Assembly: GCA_013202525.1 (NCBI GenBank)
Contig: JABMQS010000036.1
Location: 1 to 47,668, forward strand
Direction of reading: 5' to 3'
Length of the DNA stretch: 47,668 bases
Source: Candidatus Omnitrophota bacterium
Lineage (GTDB): Bacteria > Omnitrophota > Gorgyraeia > JABMRG01
This document shows positions 32,228 through 41,748 of the stretch, piece by piece. A program made the position numbers and the translations under genes. Numbering within the stretch: position 1 is the stretch's first letter; every line of letters begins with the position of its first letter. A model generated the notes under the pieces. That model had not been told where the DNA came from, ran no database searches, and saw only the letters and a program-made list of their open reading frames with translations.

Positions 32228-33034
32228 CTATATACCTCCTATCACATCCTGCATATCATATAAGCCCGGCGACTTGTCTGCCAGAAACCTTGCTGCCCGC
32301 AAGGCACCTTGCGCAAACACATCACGGGAATGGGCCCTATGCGTTATCTCTATCCTCTCGTTATCGCCTGCATACACCACCGTGTGGTCTCCTACTATAT
32401 CACCTGCGCGGACAGAGTGGATGCCGAGCTGACCCTTTGGCCGCCTGCCCACATCACCTTCTCTGCCATATACGGCTATATCCTTAAGCCTCTTTCCCTT
32501 TGCCTCTGCTATGAGCTCTGCCAGCTTCTTTGCTGTGCCGCTCGGTGAATCTTTCTTTCTGCTGTGGTGCGCCTCTACAATCTCTATGTCGTAATCCTTG
32601 CCTAATGCATTGGCTATCTCCGGCGCAACACGAAACAGGAGATTCACACCCATCGACATATTGGATGAGAACAGAACCGGTATTGAACCGGATGCCTTCT
32701 TCACCGCCCTTAGATCCTCTTCTGTGAGGCCGGTTGTGCCGATCACAATGGGAAGGTTTAACTTCTGCGCTATGTCGAGATTTGAGAGGGTGGATGGAGC
32801 AGAGGTAAAATCTATTATCACGTCTGCACCCTTGGCTGCGCCGGCCAGATCATCGCTTATCTTTATATCGCTGCAGCACACCCCTACTATCTCTTCTAAG
32901 GGCCTGCCTATATCCGGGTGGCCCTTATCCTCTACGGCGCCGAGGATCCTGAAGGTCTCCTCCTGGAGCGCCAGGGATGCTATCCTCTTACCCATCCTGC
33001 CGCTTATACCTGTAATAACTATCTTTGTAATCAT
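32228..33034 (-). CDS. dapB: 4-hydroxy-tetrahydrodipicolinate reductase
   Basis: ITGISGRMG N-terminus and the EAHHSRKKDSPSGTA motif. Confidence 0.9.
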   Translation of the reverse strand: MITKIVITGISGRMGKRIASLALQEETFRILGAVEDKGHPDIGRPLEEIVGVCCSDIKISDDLAGAAKGADVIIDFTSAPSTLSNLDIAQKLNLPIVIGTTGLTEEDLRAVKKASGSIPVLFSSNMSMGVNLLFRVAPEIANALGKDYDIEIVEAHHSRKKDSPSGTAKKLAELIAEAKGKRLKDIAVYGREGDVGRRPKGQLGIHSVRAGDIVGDHTVVYAGDNERIEITHRAHSRDVFAQGALRAARFLADKSPGLYDMQDVIGGI

Positions 33035-33096
33035 AATTATCTCCTCTTCATAAACCTCTTACCTGGAACCCCTGCCTACCGGCAGGCAGGTAACAC

Positions 33097-33975
33097 CTAA
33101 ATAAGGCCGTAGTCCTTTAGTGCGGACTCGAGCTTCTTTCTGTTTTCTTCAGTGATCGAGCACATGGGAAGCCTTAAGGCAGGCTCCAGCATGCCCATCA
33201 TACCCATCGCTGTCTTTACAGGGATAGGATTTGTCTCGATAAACATCGCCTTTACCAGAGGCAGCATCTTATAGTGCAGCTCTCTTGCCTTTTCAATATC
33301 GCCGCCTAAGAATGCGCCTACCATGTCCGATACATCCTTTGGTACAATATTGGCAACAACCGATATGATACCGCAGCCGCCTATTGCAAGAAGCGGCATG
33401 GTCAATGAGTCGTCACCTGATATGAGATCAAAATCCTCGCCGCAGAGCAGCTTAGTCTCTGACATCTGGTTGAGGTTGCCGCTTGCCTCCTTTACACCGA
33501 CGACGTTCTTTATCTTGGATATCCGCGCCATGGTCCTGGGTTCGATGTTTGTGCCGGTGCGCGAGGCGATGTTGTAAGCTACTATCGGGATATCCGCGGC
33601 CTCGGAGATCACCTTAAAATGCTGGTATATCCCCTCCTGTGTAGGCTTGTTATAATATGGCGTTATTATCAGGGCCCCGTCTGCACCTGCCTTCTTGGCA
33701 TGCGTGGTAAGCTCAATGGCCTCCTGCGTATTATTGGAACCTGTCCCTGCTATAACCTTGGCCTTGCCCTTTGCCGCTCTTATCACCACATCTATGACCT
33801 CTTCGTGTTCCTCAATAGATAGTGTCGCAGACTCTCCCGTGGTGCCGCAAGGCACGATAGCAGAGGTACCGTTTTCAATCTGAAAACCTACCAGCTCCTG
33901 GAGCTTCTTGCTGTCTACACAGGCCCCGTTGTCCTTAAATGGTGTCACTATTGCTACCATAGATCCTGTAAACAT
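33097..33975 (-). CDS. dapA: 4-hydroxy-tetrahydrodipicolinate synthase
   Basis: MFTGSMVAIVTPF...PCGTTGES...YNKP motifs. The ATG at 33975 lies 1 nt after the dapF stop. Confidence 0.9.
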   Translation of the reverse strand: MFTGSMVAIVTPFKDNGACVDSKKLQELVGFQIENGTSAIVPCGTTGESATLSIEEHEEVIDVVIRAAKGKAKVIAGTGSNNTQEAIELTTHAKKAGADGALIITPYYNKPTQEGIYQHFKVISEAADIPIVAYNIASRTGTNIEPRTMARISKIKNVVGVKEASGNLNQMSETKLLCGEDFDLISGDDSLTMPLLAIGGCGIISVVANIVPKDVSDMVGAFLGGDIEKARELHYKMLPLVKAMFIETNPIPVKTAMGMMGMLEPALRLPMCSITEENRKKLESALKDYGLI

Positions 33976-33976
33976 C

Positions 33977-34789
33977 TTATACCTCCAATCCTGCCGTACC
34001 GGCAAAAACCTCTTTTGCCTCGCCTTCTAAAAGGACGTCTCTGAAAACACCTTTATTTTTCTTAAAATAGATATTCAATAACCCGCCTTTTGTATAGACC
34101 TTTACCGGGGAACCAAACCCATTTATAATGCCGGCTATAATTGCTGAGGCAACCGCGCCTGTGCCGCACGCAAGTGTCTCTGCCTCAACACCCCTCTCGT
34201 AGGTCCTCATCCATATAGAGCCTTTTGATTTGACCTTTATAAAATCGGCATTGGTGCCGTCAGGCCTGAAGGCCTTATGATATCTTATGGCGCTTCCGAT
34301 CTTATCGACATCGAACATCTCAAGATTCCTTACGAAAAAGACGGCATGGGGCACGCCTGTGTTTATAAAATGGAGCTGATATGCGTCTCTGCCGATCTCA
34401 ATATTAAGGCCCGGCTTTATGTCGGTCGGATCTGTCATCTTTATGCTGACAAGCGAACCCTTCACCTTTGCCTTAAGGAGTCCTGCCTTTGTCTCTATAG
34501 ACATAGAGGACGAACGGACCACCCCTTTTTCCCTGGCAAAGAGGGCTATGCAGCGCGACCCATTGCCGCACATCTCAGGCTCTGACCCGTCTGGATTGAG
34601 GATGCGCATCTTGAAATCCGCCATCTTTGACTTCTCGACCAAAAGGAGCCCGTCTGCGCCTATTCCGAGTTTTCTGTCGCAGAGTCTTCTTGCAAGATCC
34701 GGGACACGCGAGAGGCGATTTAAGCGGTTGTCTATAACGACAAAGTCGTTTCCGGTAGCTACCATCTTACTGAATTTAAGAGATCTCAT
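33977..34789 (-). CDS. dapF: diaminopimelate epimerase
   Basis: FSKMVATGNDFVVID, MCGNGSRC and ACGTGAVA (two catalytic Cys). The ATG at 34789 is preceded by GAGTGGAG. Confidence 0.9.
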   Translation of the reverse strand: MRSLKFSKMVATGNDFVVIDNRLNRLSRVPDLARRLCDRKLGIGADGLLLVEKSKMADFKMRILNPDGSEPEMCGNGSRCIALFAREKGVVRSSSMSIETKAGLLKAKVKGSLVSIKMTDPTDIKPGLNIEIGRDAYQLHFINTGVPHAVFFVRNLEMFDVDKIGSAIRYHKAFRPDGTNADFIKVKSKGSIWMRTYERGVEAETLACGTGAVASAIIAGIINGFGSPVKVYTKGGLLNIYFKKNKGVFRDVLLEGEAKEVFAGTAGLEV

Positions 34790-34829
34790 ATAACAACTCC
34801 ACTCTTTCCAGCGTTGCAAACACGCTGTC

Positions 34830-34935
34830 ATTCCCGCATAAGCGGGAATCCAGTCGTTTATTTAGATCCCCGCTTTCGCGGGGATGAAATTCGCACATAC
34901 AATTTACGCTCCCTTCGGCCGCGTAAATTGTGTGC
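34830..34935. repeat. cluster of three REP-like hairpins between lysA and dapF
   Basis: attcccgc-ataa-gcgggaat (34830-34849); atccccgc-tttc-gcggggat (34866-34885); and a 15-bp bulged stem gcacatacaatttacgc / gcgtaaattgtgtgc (34893-34935). Confidence 0.75.
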
Positions 34936-34940
34936 TCATT

Positions 34941-36203
34941 TCACTTTAATACCCCGGGTATCCTCTCGCCCCTTACCAGGTCGGCGTAGGTCTCCCTTTT
35001 TCTTGTAACGTAGAAATTTCTGCCTATGGCCATGACCTCTGCACTCCTTGGGCGTGCATTGTAATTGCTCGACATGGCAAATCCATAAGCACCTGCACCC
35101 ATAACAGCAAGGAGCTCTCCTTCCTTAACAGCAGCAAGCCTCCTGCCCTTGGCAAGGAAATCCCCGCTCTCACATATCGGCCCTACCACATCATACTTCA
35201 TGCGGGCACGGGATGAGGAAGAACGATGCACAGGCACGATCTCATGATATGCCCCATAGAGGCTCGGCCTTGCAAGGTCATTCATCGCCGCGTCTGTGAT
35301 TATAAAATTCTTGCTCTTCGACTTCTTGACATAGAGCACCTTTGCAACCAGTATGCCGCTGTTGCCCGATATAAATCTTCCCGGTTCAAGGATGAGCTTA
35401 ACACCCAACTTCTTTATCAACGGCGCTACTGCCTTTGCAAAATCAGCGGCTGTCTGCGGCCTCTCTTTGCGATATACAATACCCATACCACCGCCTATGT
35501 TCAGGTAGTCTATCTTGTGGCCTTCGCTGCGCAAAAGCCTGATCAGGGAAGATACCTTCCTTACGGCCTTTACAAACGGCCCAGATTCGGTTATCTGCGA
35601 ACCGATATGCACATGCAGGCATACTATATCAAGGTGCCTGTAGCAATCCTTTTGGCGGAAGATCTTTGTGACAGTATCTATATCGATACCGAACTTGTTC
35701 TCCTGCGTGCCTGTGGTAATATAATGGTGTGTATGGGCATCTACCTCGGGGTTTACCCTCAATGAGATCTTTGCCCTCTTCTTTAGCCTGCCGCACATCT
35801 TCTCTATGGCACAAAGTTCGGGGATCGACTCTACATTAAAGAAGAGTATGCCCGCCTTTATGGCCCTGCTTATCTCATCGGGCGTCTTTCCCACACTCGC
35901 ATATACTATCTTCCCTGGATCTGCACCTATCTTCAGCGCCTTAAAGAGCTCGCCGCCTGATACGATATCCAGGCCCGAGCCTGCCTTTACCAGGGCCCTG
36001 CACAATGCAAGGCTCGAATTGGACTTCATGGAAAAACAGATAAGCGGCCTTAAGGACGCAAAGGCATTCTTTATCTTTCTATAATGCTCGATCAGTGTTC
36101 TGTGGCTGTAGATATAGACCGGCGTCCCTGCCTTCTCCGCTATATCCTTCACCCTTACAGAATCACAATATAACACATTTCCTCGATATCTAAAATAGTG
36201 CAT
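34941..36203 (-). CDS. lysA: diaminopimelate decarboxylase
   Basis: 420 aa with the PLP-Lys motif CFSMKSN plus GGGMGI, EPGR and CESGD motifs. Confidence 0.9.
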   Translation of the reverse strand: MHYFRYRGNVLYCDSVRVKDIAEKAGTPVYIYSHRTLIEHYRKIKNAFASLRPLICFSMKSNSSLALCRALVKAGSGLDIVSGGELFKALKIGADPGKIVYASVGKTPDEISRAIKAGILFFNVESIPELCAIEKMCGRLKKRAKISLRVNPEVDAHTHHYITTGTQENKFGIDIDTVTKIFRQKDCYRHLDIVCLHVHIGSQITESGPFVKAVRKVSSLIRLLRSEGHKIDYLNIGGGMGIVYRKERPQTAADFAKAVAPLIKKLGVKLILEPGRFISGNSGILVAKVLYVKKSKSKNFIITDAAMNDLARPSLYGAYHEIVPVHRSSSSRARMKYDVVGPICESGDFLAKGRRLAAVKEGELLAVMGAGAYGFAMSSNYNARPRSAEVMAIGRNFYVTRKRETYADLVRGERIPGVLK

Positions 36204-36225
36204 CTGATCTCCCTAAAAACTCCTT

Positions 36226-37602
36226 CTACTTCTTCTTGTGCCACTTCTTGAGCTGCTGCCTTACAAGAAGCGGGTTTGTACTTCCAATGGACCTCTTCGA
36301 CATGACCGATCTTTTGGCATCAAGAAGATTGAATACGTCTGAGTCAAACTCCTTTGCGAACCCTTTTAGTTCGTCAAGTTCGATGTTTGAGATCCTGACA
36401 TTATTCTTTGTTGCATGTACAACCACCTTGCCCACGACATTATGCGCCTCGGAAAAGGCAACACCCCTTGAAACCAGGTATTCTGCCATGTCGAGCGCAA
36501 AGATAGACTCATCATCAGCAAGCCTCTGCTGGATCTTCTCCTTGTTTACCTTCATCGACTCCACGAGCCCTTTAAGGATGGCCAATACCGTCTCTGTGAG
36601 ATTTATCGAATCGAACAGAGGCTTCTTGTCGAGCTGCATATCCCTGTTATAGGAAAGCGGCAGGCCCTTCATCATGACCATGGCAGATACAAGGTTTGCA
36701 TATGCCTGGCTGCATGAGGCCCGTATAAGCTCAAGGCTGTCAGGGTTCTTCTTCTGCGGCATTATGCTTGAACCTGTGCAGAAGGCCTCGCCTATATCGA
36801 CGATGTTGAACTCAGGTGTCGAATAGATTATCATATCCTCCGCGAACCTTGAAAAATGCATAAACATGATAGATATCGCAGACAGTATCTCTATTACAAA
36901 ATCCCTGTCGCTCACGGCATCTATGCTGTTTTCATTTACCTTTGAGAAGCCGAGCAGCTTTGCGACATAGGCCCTGTCTATGGTCAGGGATGTCCCTGCG
37001 AGGGCACAAGAACCAAGAGGCATAATATCGCATCTCTCCTTTACCTGGGCGAGCCTCTCTATATCCCTTTGAAGCATATTCAGGTATGCCAGGACCTGAT
37101 GCGCAAGCAGTACCGGAACCGCATGTTGTGTATGCGTAAGTCCCGGTATTATGACATCTATATTCTTTTCGGCAAACGCTGCCAAAGAATACTGCAAGGC
37201 CTTTATCTGATCCGTAATGACTGAGAGCTTGTCCTTGCAATAGAGTAAAAGATCCACCACCACCTGGTCGTTCCTCGACCTTGCGGTATGCAGATAGTCG
37301 GCTGACTTTGGCTTCTTCTTTACCAGTGCAAGATAGACAGCGGTATGGATATCCTCTGCCTTTGGGTCTACAACAAAGGTTCCCTTCTCTATATTCTTCA
37401 ATATCTGAGAAAGGCCTCCCACTATGGCCTGGGCATGCTTCTTGGGTATGATCCGGCACTTACCAAGCATCTTTGCATGAGCTATGCTTGCCTCGACATC
37501 ATACCTTGCCAGCTCCTTATCATAATCAATCGAACTCTGAAACTTCCAGAATAATGGATCCTGCTCCTTTGTGAATCTTCCTCCCCAAAGCTTCTTTGTC
37601 AT
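36226..37602 (-). CDS. argH: argininosuccinate lyase
   Basis: KLWGGRF N-terminus and the fumarate-lyase signature GSSIMPQKKNPD. Confidence 0.92.
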   Translation of the reverse strand: MTKKLWGGRFTKEQDPLFWKFQSSIDYDKELARYDVEASIAHAKMLGKCRIIPKKHAQAIVGGLSQILKNIEKGTFVVDPKAEDIHTAVYLALVKKKPKSADYLHTARSRNDQVVVDLLLYCKDKLSVITDQIKALQYSLAAFAEKNIDVIIPGLTHTQHAVPVLLAHQVLAYLNMLQRDIERLAQVKERCDIMPLGSCALAGTSLTIDRAYVAKLLGFSKVNENSIDAVSDRDFVIEILSAISIMFMHFSRFAEDMIIYSTPEFNIVDIGEAFCTGSSIMPQKKNPDSLELIRASCSQAYANLVSAMVMMKGLPLSYNRDMQLDKKPLFDSINLTETVLAILKGLVESMKVNKEKIQQRLADDESIFALDMAEYLVSRGVAFSEAHNVVGKVVVHATKNNVRISNIELDELKGFAKEFDSDVFNLLDAKRSVMSKRSIGSTNPLLVRQQLKKWHKKK

Positions 37603-37611
37603 CTTTACTCC

Positions 37612-38781
37612 TTATTTTCTGTAGGGTAAGCCCCAGATCTTTATAAAGCCTTCAGCGGCCTTATGGTCAAATGTATCCTTCTCGCTATAGGTGGCCAGGG
37701 CCTCCTTGTAAAGTGAGAACTTCGACTTTCTCCCGACGACCGTACAGCTGCCTTTATACAGCTTGAGCCTGACCTCACCGGTGACCTTCTTCTGCGTGCT
37801 ATCTATAAAGCTGTCGAGTGAGACCTTGAGCTGGCTGTACCAGAGGCCATAATATATCAATTCCGAGTACTTGAGCGCTACCATCTCCTTAAAATGGAAC
37901 AGTTCTCTATCAAGCACCAGGGCCTCAAGCTCTTTGTGCGCAGTATGCAGGATAGATGCTGCAGGGGCCTCGTAGACCTCCCTTGATTTGATTCCGACGA
38001 GCCTGTTCTCCAGCATATCACTTCTTCCTACACCATGCGCTGCGCCTATCTTCTGAAGCTGTAATATGAGATCAACGGGCTTATAGGCCTTGCCGTTAAT
38101 AGTCTTTGGCACACCCTTCTCAAACCCGACTCTTATATAGGCGGGTTTGGCCGGGGCCTGCTGCGGGTCCTTGGTGATCTGATACGCATTCTTAGGCGGT
38201 TCAGCTGCGGGATTCTCCAGTACACCACACTCTATACTGACACCCCATAGATTCTCATCAAGGCTGTACGGACTCTTCCTTGTTGCCTCGACCGGTATGT
38301 TATGGGCCTTGGCATATCTCATCTCCGCATTCCTTGAGGTGAGCTCCCATTCCCTGAGAGGCGCTATGACAGAAAGCCCCGGTGCAAGGGCACCGAGCGA
38401 GACCTCGATCCTTACCTGGTCATTGCCCTTTCCTGTGCAGCCGTGGGCAACATATTTGGCCTTCTCCTTTTTGGCCACCTCTGCCAGTTTCTTTGCTATA
38501 AGGGGCCTTGAAAGGGCTGTTGCCAAAAAGTACTTGGACTCATAGACCGCGTTTGCCTTTAATGCAGGGAAGATAAAGTCCTCCACAAACTCCTCTTTTG
38601 CATCGGCCACATATATCCTGGATGCGCCTATCTTTTTGGCCTTGGCCTTTGCCTTGGCAAAATCCGCCTTCTGGCCTACATCGACAAGGCAGGCTACCAC
38701 ATCATAGCCTCTATCCTTGAACCATCTTATTGCTACCGATGTATCAAGGCCTCCGGAATATGCAAGTATGATCTTCTTCAT
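37612..38781 (-). CDS. argG: argininosuccinate synthase
   Basis: ILAYSGGLDTS, then GCTGKGNDQVR. Confidence 0.92.
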   Translation of the reverse strand: MKKIILAYSGGLDTSVAIRWFKDRGYDVVACLVDVGQKADFAKAKAKAKKIGASRIYVADAKEEFVEDFIFPALKANAVYESKYFLATALSRPLIAKKLAEVAKKEKAKYVAHGCTGKGNDQVRIEVSLGALAPGLSVIAPLREWELTSRNAEMRYAKAHNIPVEATRKSPYSLDENLWGVSIECGVLENPAAEPPKNAYQITKDPQQAPAKPAYIRVGFEKGVPKTINGKAYKPVDLILQLQKIGAAHGVGRSDMLENRLVGIKSREVYEAPAASILHTAHKELEALVLDRELFHFKEMVALKYSELIYYGLWYSQLKVSLDSFIDSTQKKVTGEVRLKLYKGSCTVVGRKSKFSLYKEALATYSEKDTFDHKAAEGFIKIWGLPYRK

Positions 38782-38791
38782 TGATAACTCC

Positions 38792-39706
38792 TCATTTTAA
38801 TAATTCGAGCATGATCGCTTTCTGCACATGCAGCCTGTTCTCTGCCTGGTCGAATACTACCGACTGAGGCCCGTCGATCACCTCATCCGTGATCTCCTCG
38901 CCTCTGTGAGCAGGCAGGCAGTGCATAACCAGTGCCTTCGGCTTTGCCTTCGAAAGCAATGCAGCATCTATCTGAAAACCTTCAAAATCCTTAAGCCTCT
39001 TATCCCTCTCGGCCTCCTGGCCCATGGATGTCCATACATCGGTATAAAGGACATCCGCGTCCGCTACCGCCTCTTCCTTGCTGCTGCAGAGTTCGATATG
39101 CGCGCCTGTGGCCTTGGCCATCTCCTTGGCCTCCTGCAGAATGTCACTATTGGGCTCATAGCCTGCAGGGGTTGCTATTGAGACGCTGAGTCCTGTCTTT
39201 GCAGCGCAATATAGCAGCGAGTTAAGCACATTGTTTCCATCCCCGATGTATGCGAGCTTCTTCCCTTTTAGTCTCTTAAACTTCTCCCTTACTGTAAATA
39301 CATCTGCCATGGCCTGGCAAGGGTGAAGCAGGTCGCTTAAGCCGTTTATAATAGGTATGGTGGCATTACCCGCAAGGTCTATTATGTCCTGATGAGAATA
39401 GGTCCTTGCAACGATACCATCCAGATATCTTGAGAGCGTCTGTGCGATATCCTTTGTCGCCTCCCTTACACCGAGCTTGATATCATCGGGCCCGAGATAT
39501 ATGGCATAGCCTCCCAGCTGATACATGCCCACCTCAAAAGAGACCCTCGTCCTGTTAGACGACTTCTGAAATATCAGGCCTAAGGTCTTGCCCTTCAGTT
39601 TGCAATTGTAGGCAGAGGGGTGCGCCTTTATCTTGGCGGTAAGGACGAAGAGTCCCTCTATCTCTCGCTGCGTCAAATCCTTTATCGTAATCAGGTCTTT
39701 ATTCAT
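38792..39706 (-). CDS. argF: ornithine carbamoyltransferase
   Basis: SNRTRVSFE, HPCQ, DGNNV and HCLPA motifs. Confidence 0.9.
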   Translation of the reverse strand: MNKDLITIKDLTQREIEGLFVLTAKIKAHPSAYNCKLKGKTLGLIFQKSSNRTRVSFEVGMYQLGGYAIYLGPDDIKLGVREATKDIAQTLSRYLDGIVARTYSHQDIIDLAGNATIPIINGLSDLLHPCQAMADVFTVREKFKRLKGKKLAYIGDGNNVLNSLLYCAAKTGLSVSIATPAGYEPNSDILQEAKEMAKATGAHIELCSSKEEAVADADVLYTDVWTSMGQEAERDKRLKDFEGFQIDAALLSKAKPKALVMHCLPAHRGEEITDEVIDGPQSVVFDQAENRLHVQKAIMLELLK

Positions 39707-40893
39707 CTGTACCTCGCTAATACCTCATCCAGTATCTTTATAGCCCTGGTTATCTCGCCTTTCTTCACTGTTAAAGGCGGCATTATCCTTAATATATTCT
39801 TCTGCGTGCAGTTTATCAGGAGCCCTTTGTTAAAACACTCCTCTACTATCTTGCTGCCTTCTATATTGAGCTCAAGGCCTGCCATAAGGGCCATCTGCTT
39901 TATGCCCTTTATAACGCCTGAGTATTTCCTCTTAAGCTTCTTCAGCCTCTTACCGAGAAACTCGCCCATCTTGTTGGCATTATCGAGTAAGTTATCTTCT
40001 TCTATGGCCTCGAATACTCCCAGGGCCGCTGCACAGACGATCGGGCTTCCGCCAAAGGTGGATGCATGCATACCGGGCTTCAACACATCACTGAACTTGT
40101 CATTTACCACCATAGCGCCTATTGGAAAACCTCCGCCCAGTGACTTTGCAAGTGTCATCACATCCGGTTCAATGCCATAATGCTGGTAGGCAAAGAGTTT
40201 GCCTGTCCTTCCCATGCCTGTCTGCACTTCATCGAATATAAGAAGGGCCTCTCTCTCATCGCAGAGCGACCTTATCTTTTTAATATAGGCCTCATCAGCA
40301 ATATTTATTCCGCCTTCGCCCTGGATAGGCTCGATCATAACGGCCGCGGTCTTATCATCCATCGCCTTCTCCAGTGCAGCTATGTCGCCGAATGGAACGT
40401 GGACAAAGCCTTCCGGTAGAGGCTCAAACCCCTTCTTTACCTTGTCCTGGCCTGTCGCTGCTATCATAGCAAGCGTCCTGCCATGGAATGACTTCTCCAT
40501 GGTTATGACCTTATGCTTGCCTACATACTGGCCGCAGGCCCTTGCGAGTTTCACGGCCGCCTCATTTGCCTCTGCGCCGCTGTTTGCGAAAAAGACCTTG
40601 CCGCCGAAAGAGGTATTTGCGATCTTCTCTGCCAGCAAGATCTGCTGTTTGCTGTAATAGTTATTCGATACGTGGATAATATCCTTAAGCTGGTTCTTTA
40701 CAGAGGCAACCACCCTCTTGTGGCAATGTCCTATACCGCTTACAGCCCATCCGGGGAAGAAGTCGAGATACTTCTTGCCCTCGACATCCCAGATATAGAT
40801 ACCCTTGCCCTTTGTAAAAACAACGGGTGTCCGGGTGTATGTATTCAGAATATACTTACTGCATAGATTGATTATTTCTTTGGTCTTTTCCAT
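39703..40893 (-). CDS. argD: acetylornithine aminotransferase
   Basis: Class-III aminotransferase (SGAEANEAAVKLAR, DEVQTGMGRTGK) in arg context. It overlaps argF by 4 nt. Confidence 0.88.
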   Translation of the reverse strand: MEKTKEIINLCSKYILNTYTRTPVVFTKGKGIYIWDVEGKKYLDFFPGWAVSGIGHCHKRVVASVKNQLKDIIHVSNNYYSKQQILLAEKIANTSFGGKVFFANSGAEANEAAVKLARACGQYVGKHKVITMEKSFHGRTLAMIAATGQDKVKKGFEPLPEGFVHVPFGDIAALEKAMDDKTAAVMIEPIQGEGGINIADEAYIKKIRSLCDEREALLIFDEVQTGMGRTGKLFAYQHYGIEPDVMTLAKSLGGGFPIGAMVVNDKFSDVLKPGMHASTFGGSPIVCAAALGVFEAIEEDNLLDNANKMGEFLGKRLKKLKRKYSGVIKGIKQMALMAGLELNIEGSKIVEECFNKGLLINCTQKNILRIMPPLTVKKGEITRAIKILDEVLARYR

Positions 40894-40902
40894 TATTTTC
40901 CC

Positions 40903-41745
40903 CTACTTTACTATCTCTGTGCCGATACCCTTATCAGTGAAGATCTCCTCAAGCAGAGAATGTGGTATCCTGCCGCTTATAACGTGGACCTTGCCGACCC
41001 CTTTGTCCAGAGCCAGAATGCCTGCCTGCACTTTCGGTATCATCCCGCTGTCAATGATGCCTTCGTCTATCAGCTTGTGCACCTCTTTCTCCTTGAGCGT
41101 CGAGATAAGGCTTGCATCATCGTCCTTTTTTGACATGACCCCTTTTACATTAGTAAGCATTATAAACTTCTCAGCAGACAGAAACCCTGCGATCTCCGCT
41201 GCCGCAAGATCCGCATTTATATTATAAGGCTTCTTGTCTTCGCCGACACCCACGGGAGAGACGACTGAGATAGAGTGGTTTTTTATAGCCTCATCTATAT
41301 GACCTGCATCGATTGAAGCCACATCCCCTACAAAATCCCCGTGCGGCGCGCTATCCTTCTTTCTGCCCTTTATGGTAAGCTTCTCCCTGCTCACCAGAGA
41401 CACAGCATCAACGCCTTTGGAGATTACCCTCTCAACCAGGCCGGCGTTTACACTGCTCAGGGCCTCATCTACTATAGAGGCTGTCTCTTCATCGGTAACC
41501 CTCAGGCCCCCAACAAACTCCGGCTCCTTGCCTCTGGCCTTCATAAGCTTGCTTATGGCAGAGCCGCCGCCATGGACCAGCACAACATCGATCTGGTTTT
41601 CGTGGAGGCATATGATATCATCAAGGATGGATCCCGATATCTCCTTATCATCGAGTATACTGCCGCCGTACTTTATGACAAAGACCCTGTCCTTAAACTT
41701 CTCGATATATTTCGATGCGCCCTGTAAAATCTGATTCTTGTCCAT
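40903..41745 (-). CDS. argB: acetylglutamate kinase
   Basis: VIKYGGS, VLVHGGG. About 280 aa and AAK-family. Confidence 0.9.
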   Translation of the reverse strand: MDKNQILQGASKYIEKFKDRVFVIKYGGSILDDKEISGSILDDIICLHENQIDVVLVHGGGSAISKLMKARGKEPEFVGGLRVTDEETASIVDEALSSVNAGLVERVISKGVDAVSLVSREKLTIKGRKKDSAPHGDFVGDVASIDAGHIDEAIKNHSISVVSPVGVGEDKKPYNINADLAAAEIAGFLSAEKFIMLTNVKGVMSKKDDDASLISTLKEKEVHKLIDEGIIDSGMIPKVQAGILALDKGVGKVHVISGRIPHSLLEEIFTDKGIGTEIVK

Positions 41746-41748
41746 AGC

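Noticed and set aside
34814-35008. 64-aa plus-strand ORF
   Set aside because: It is the translation of the REP-like palindromes (HSRISGNP, DPRFRGDE) and of the antisense strand of the lysA 3' end. This is a typical spurious REP-derived ORF.
36932-37459. 175-aa minus-strand ORF inside argH in another frame
   Set aside because: It is an out-of-frame overlap with the well-supported argH reading frame, and its composition is Gly/Arg/Cys-rich junk.
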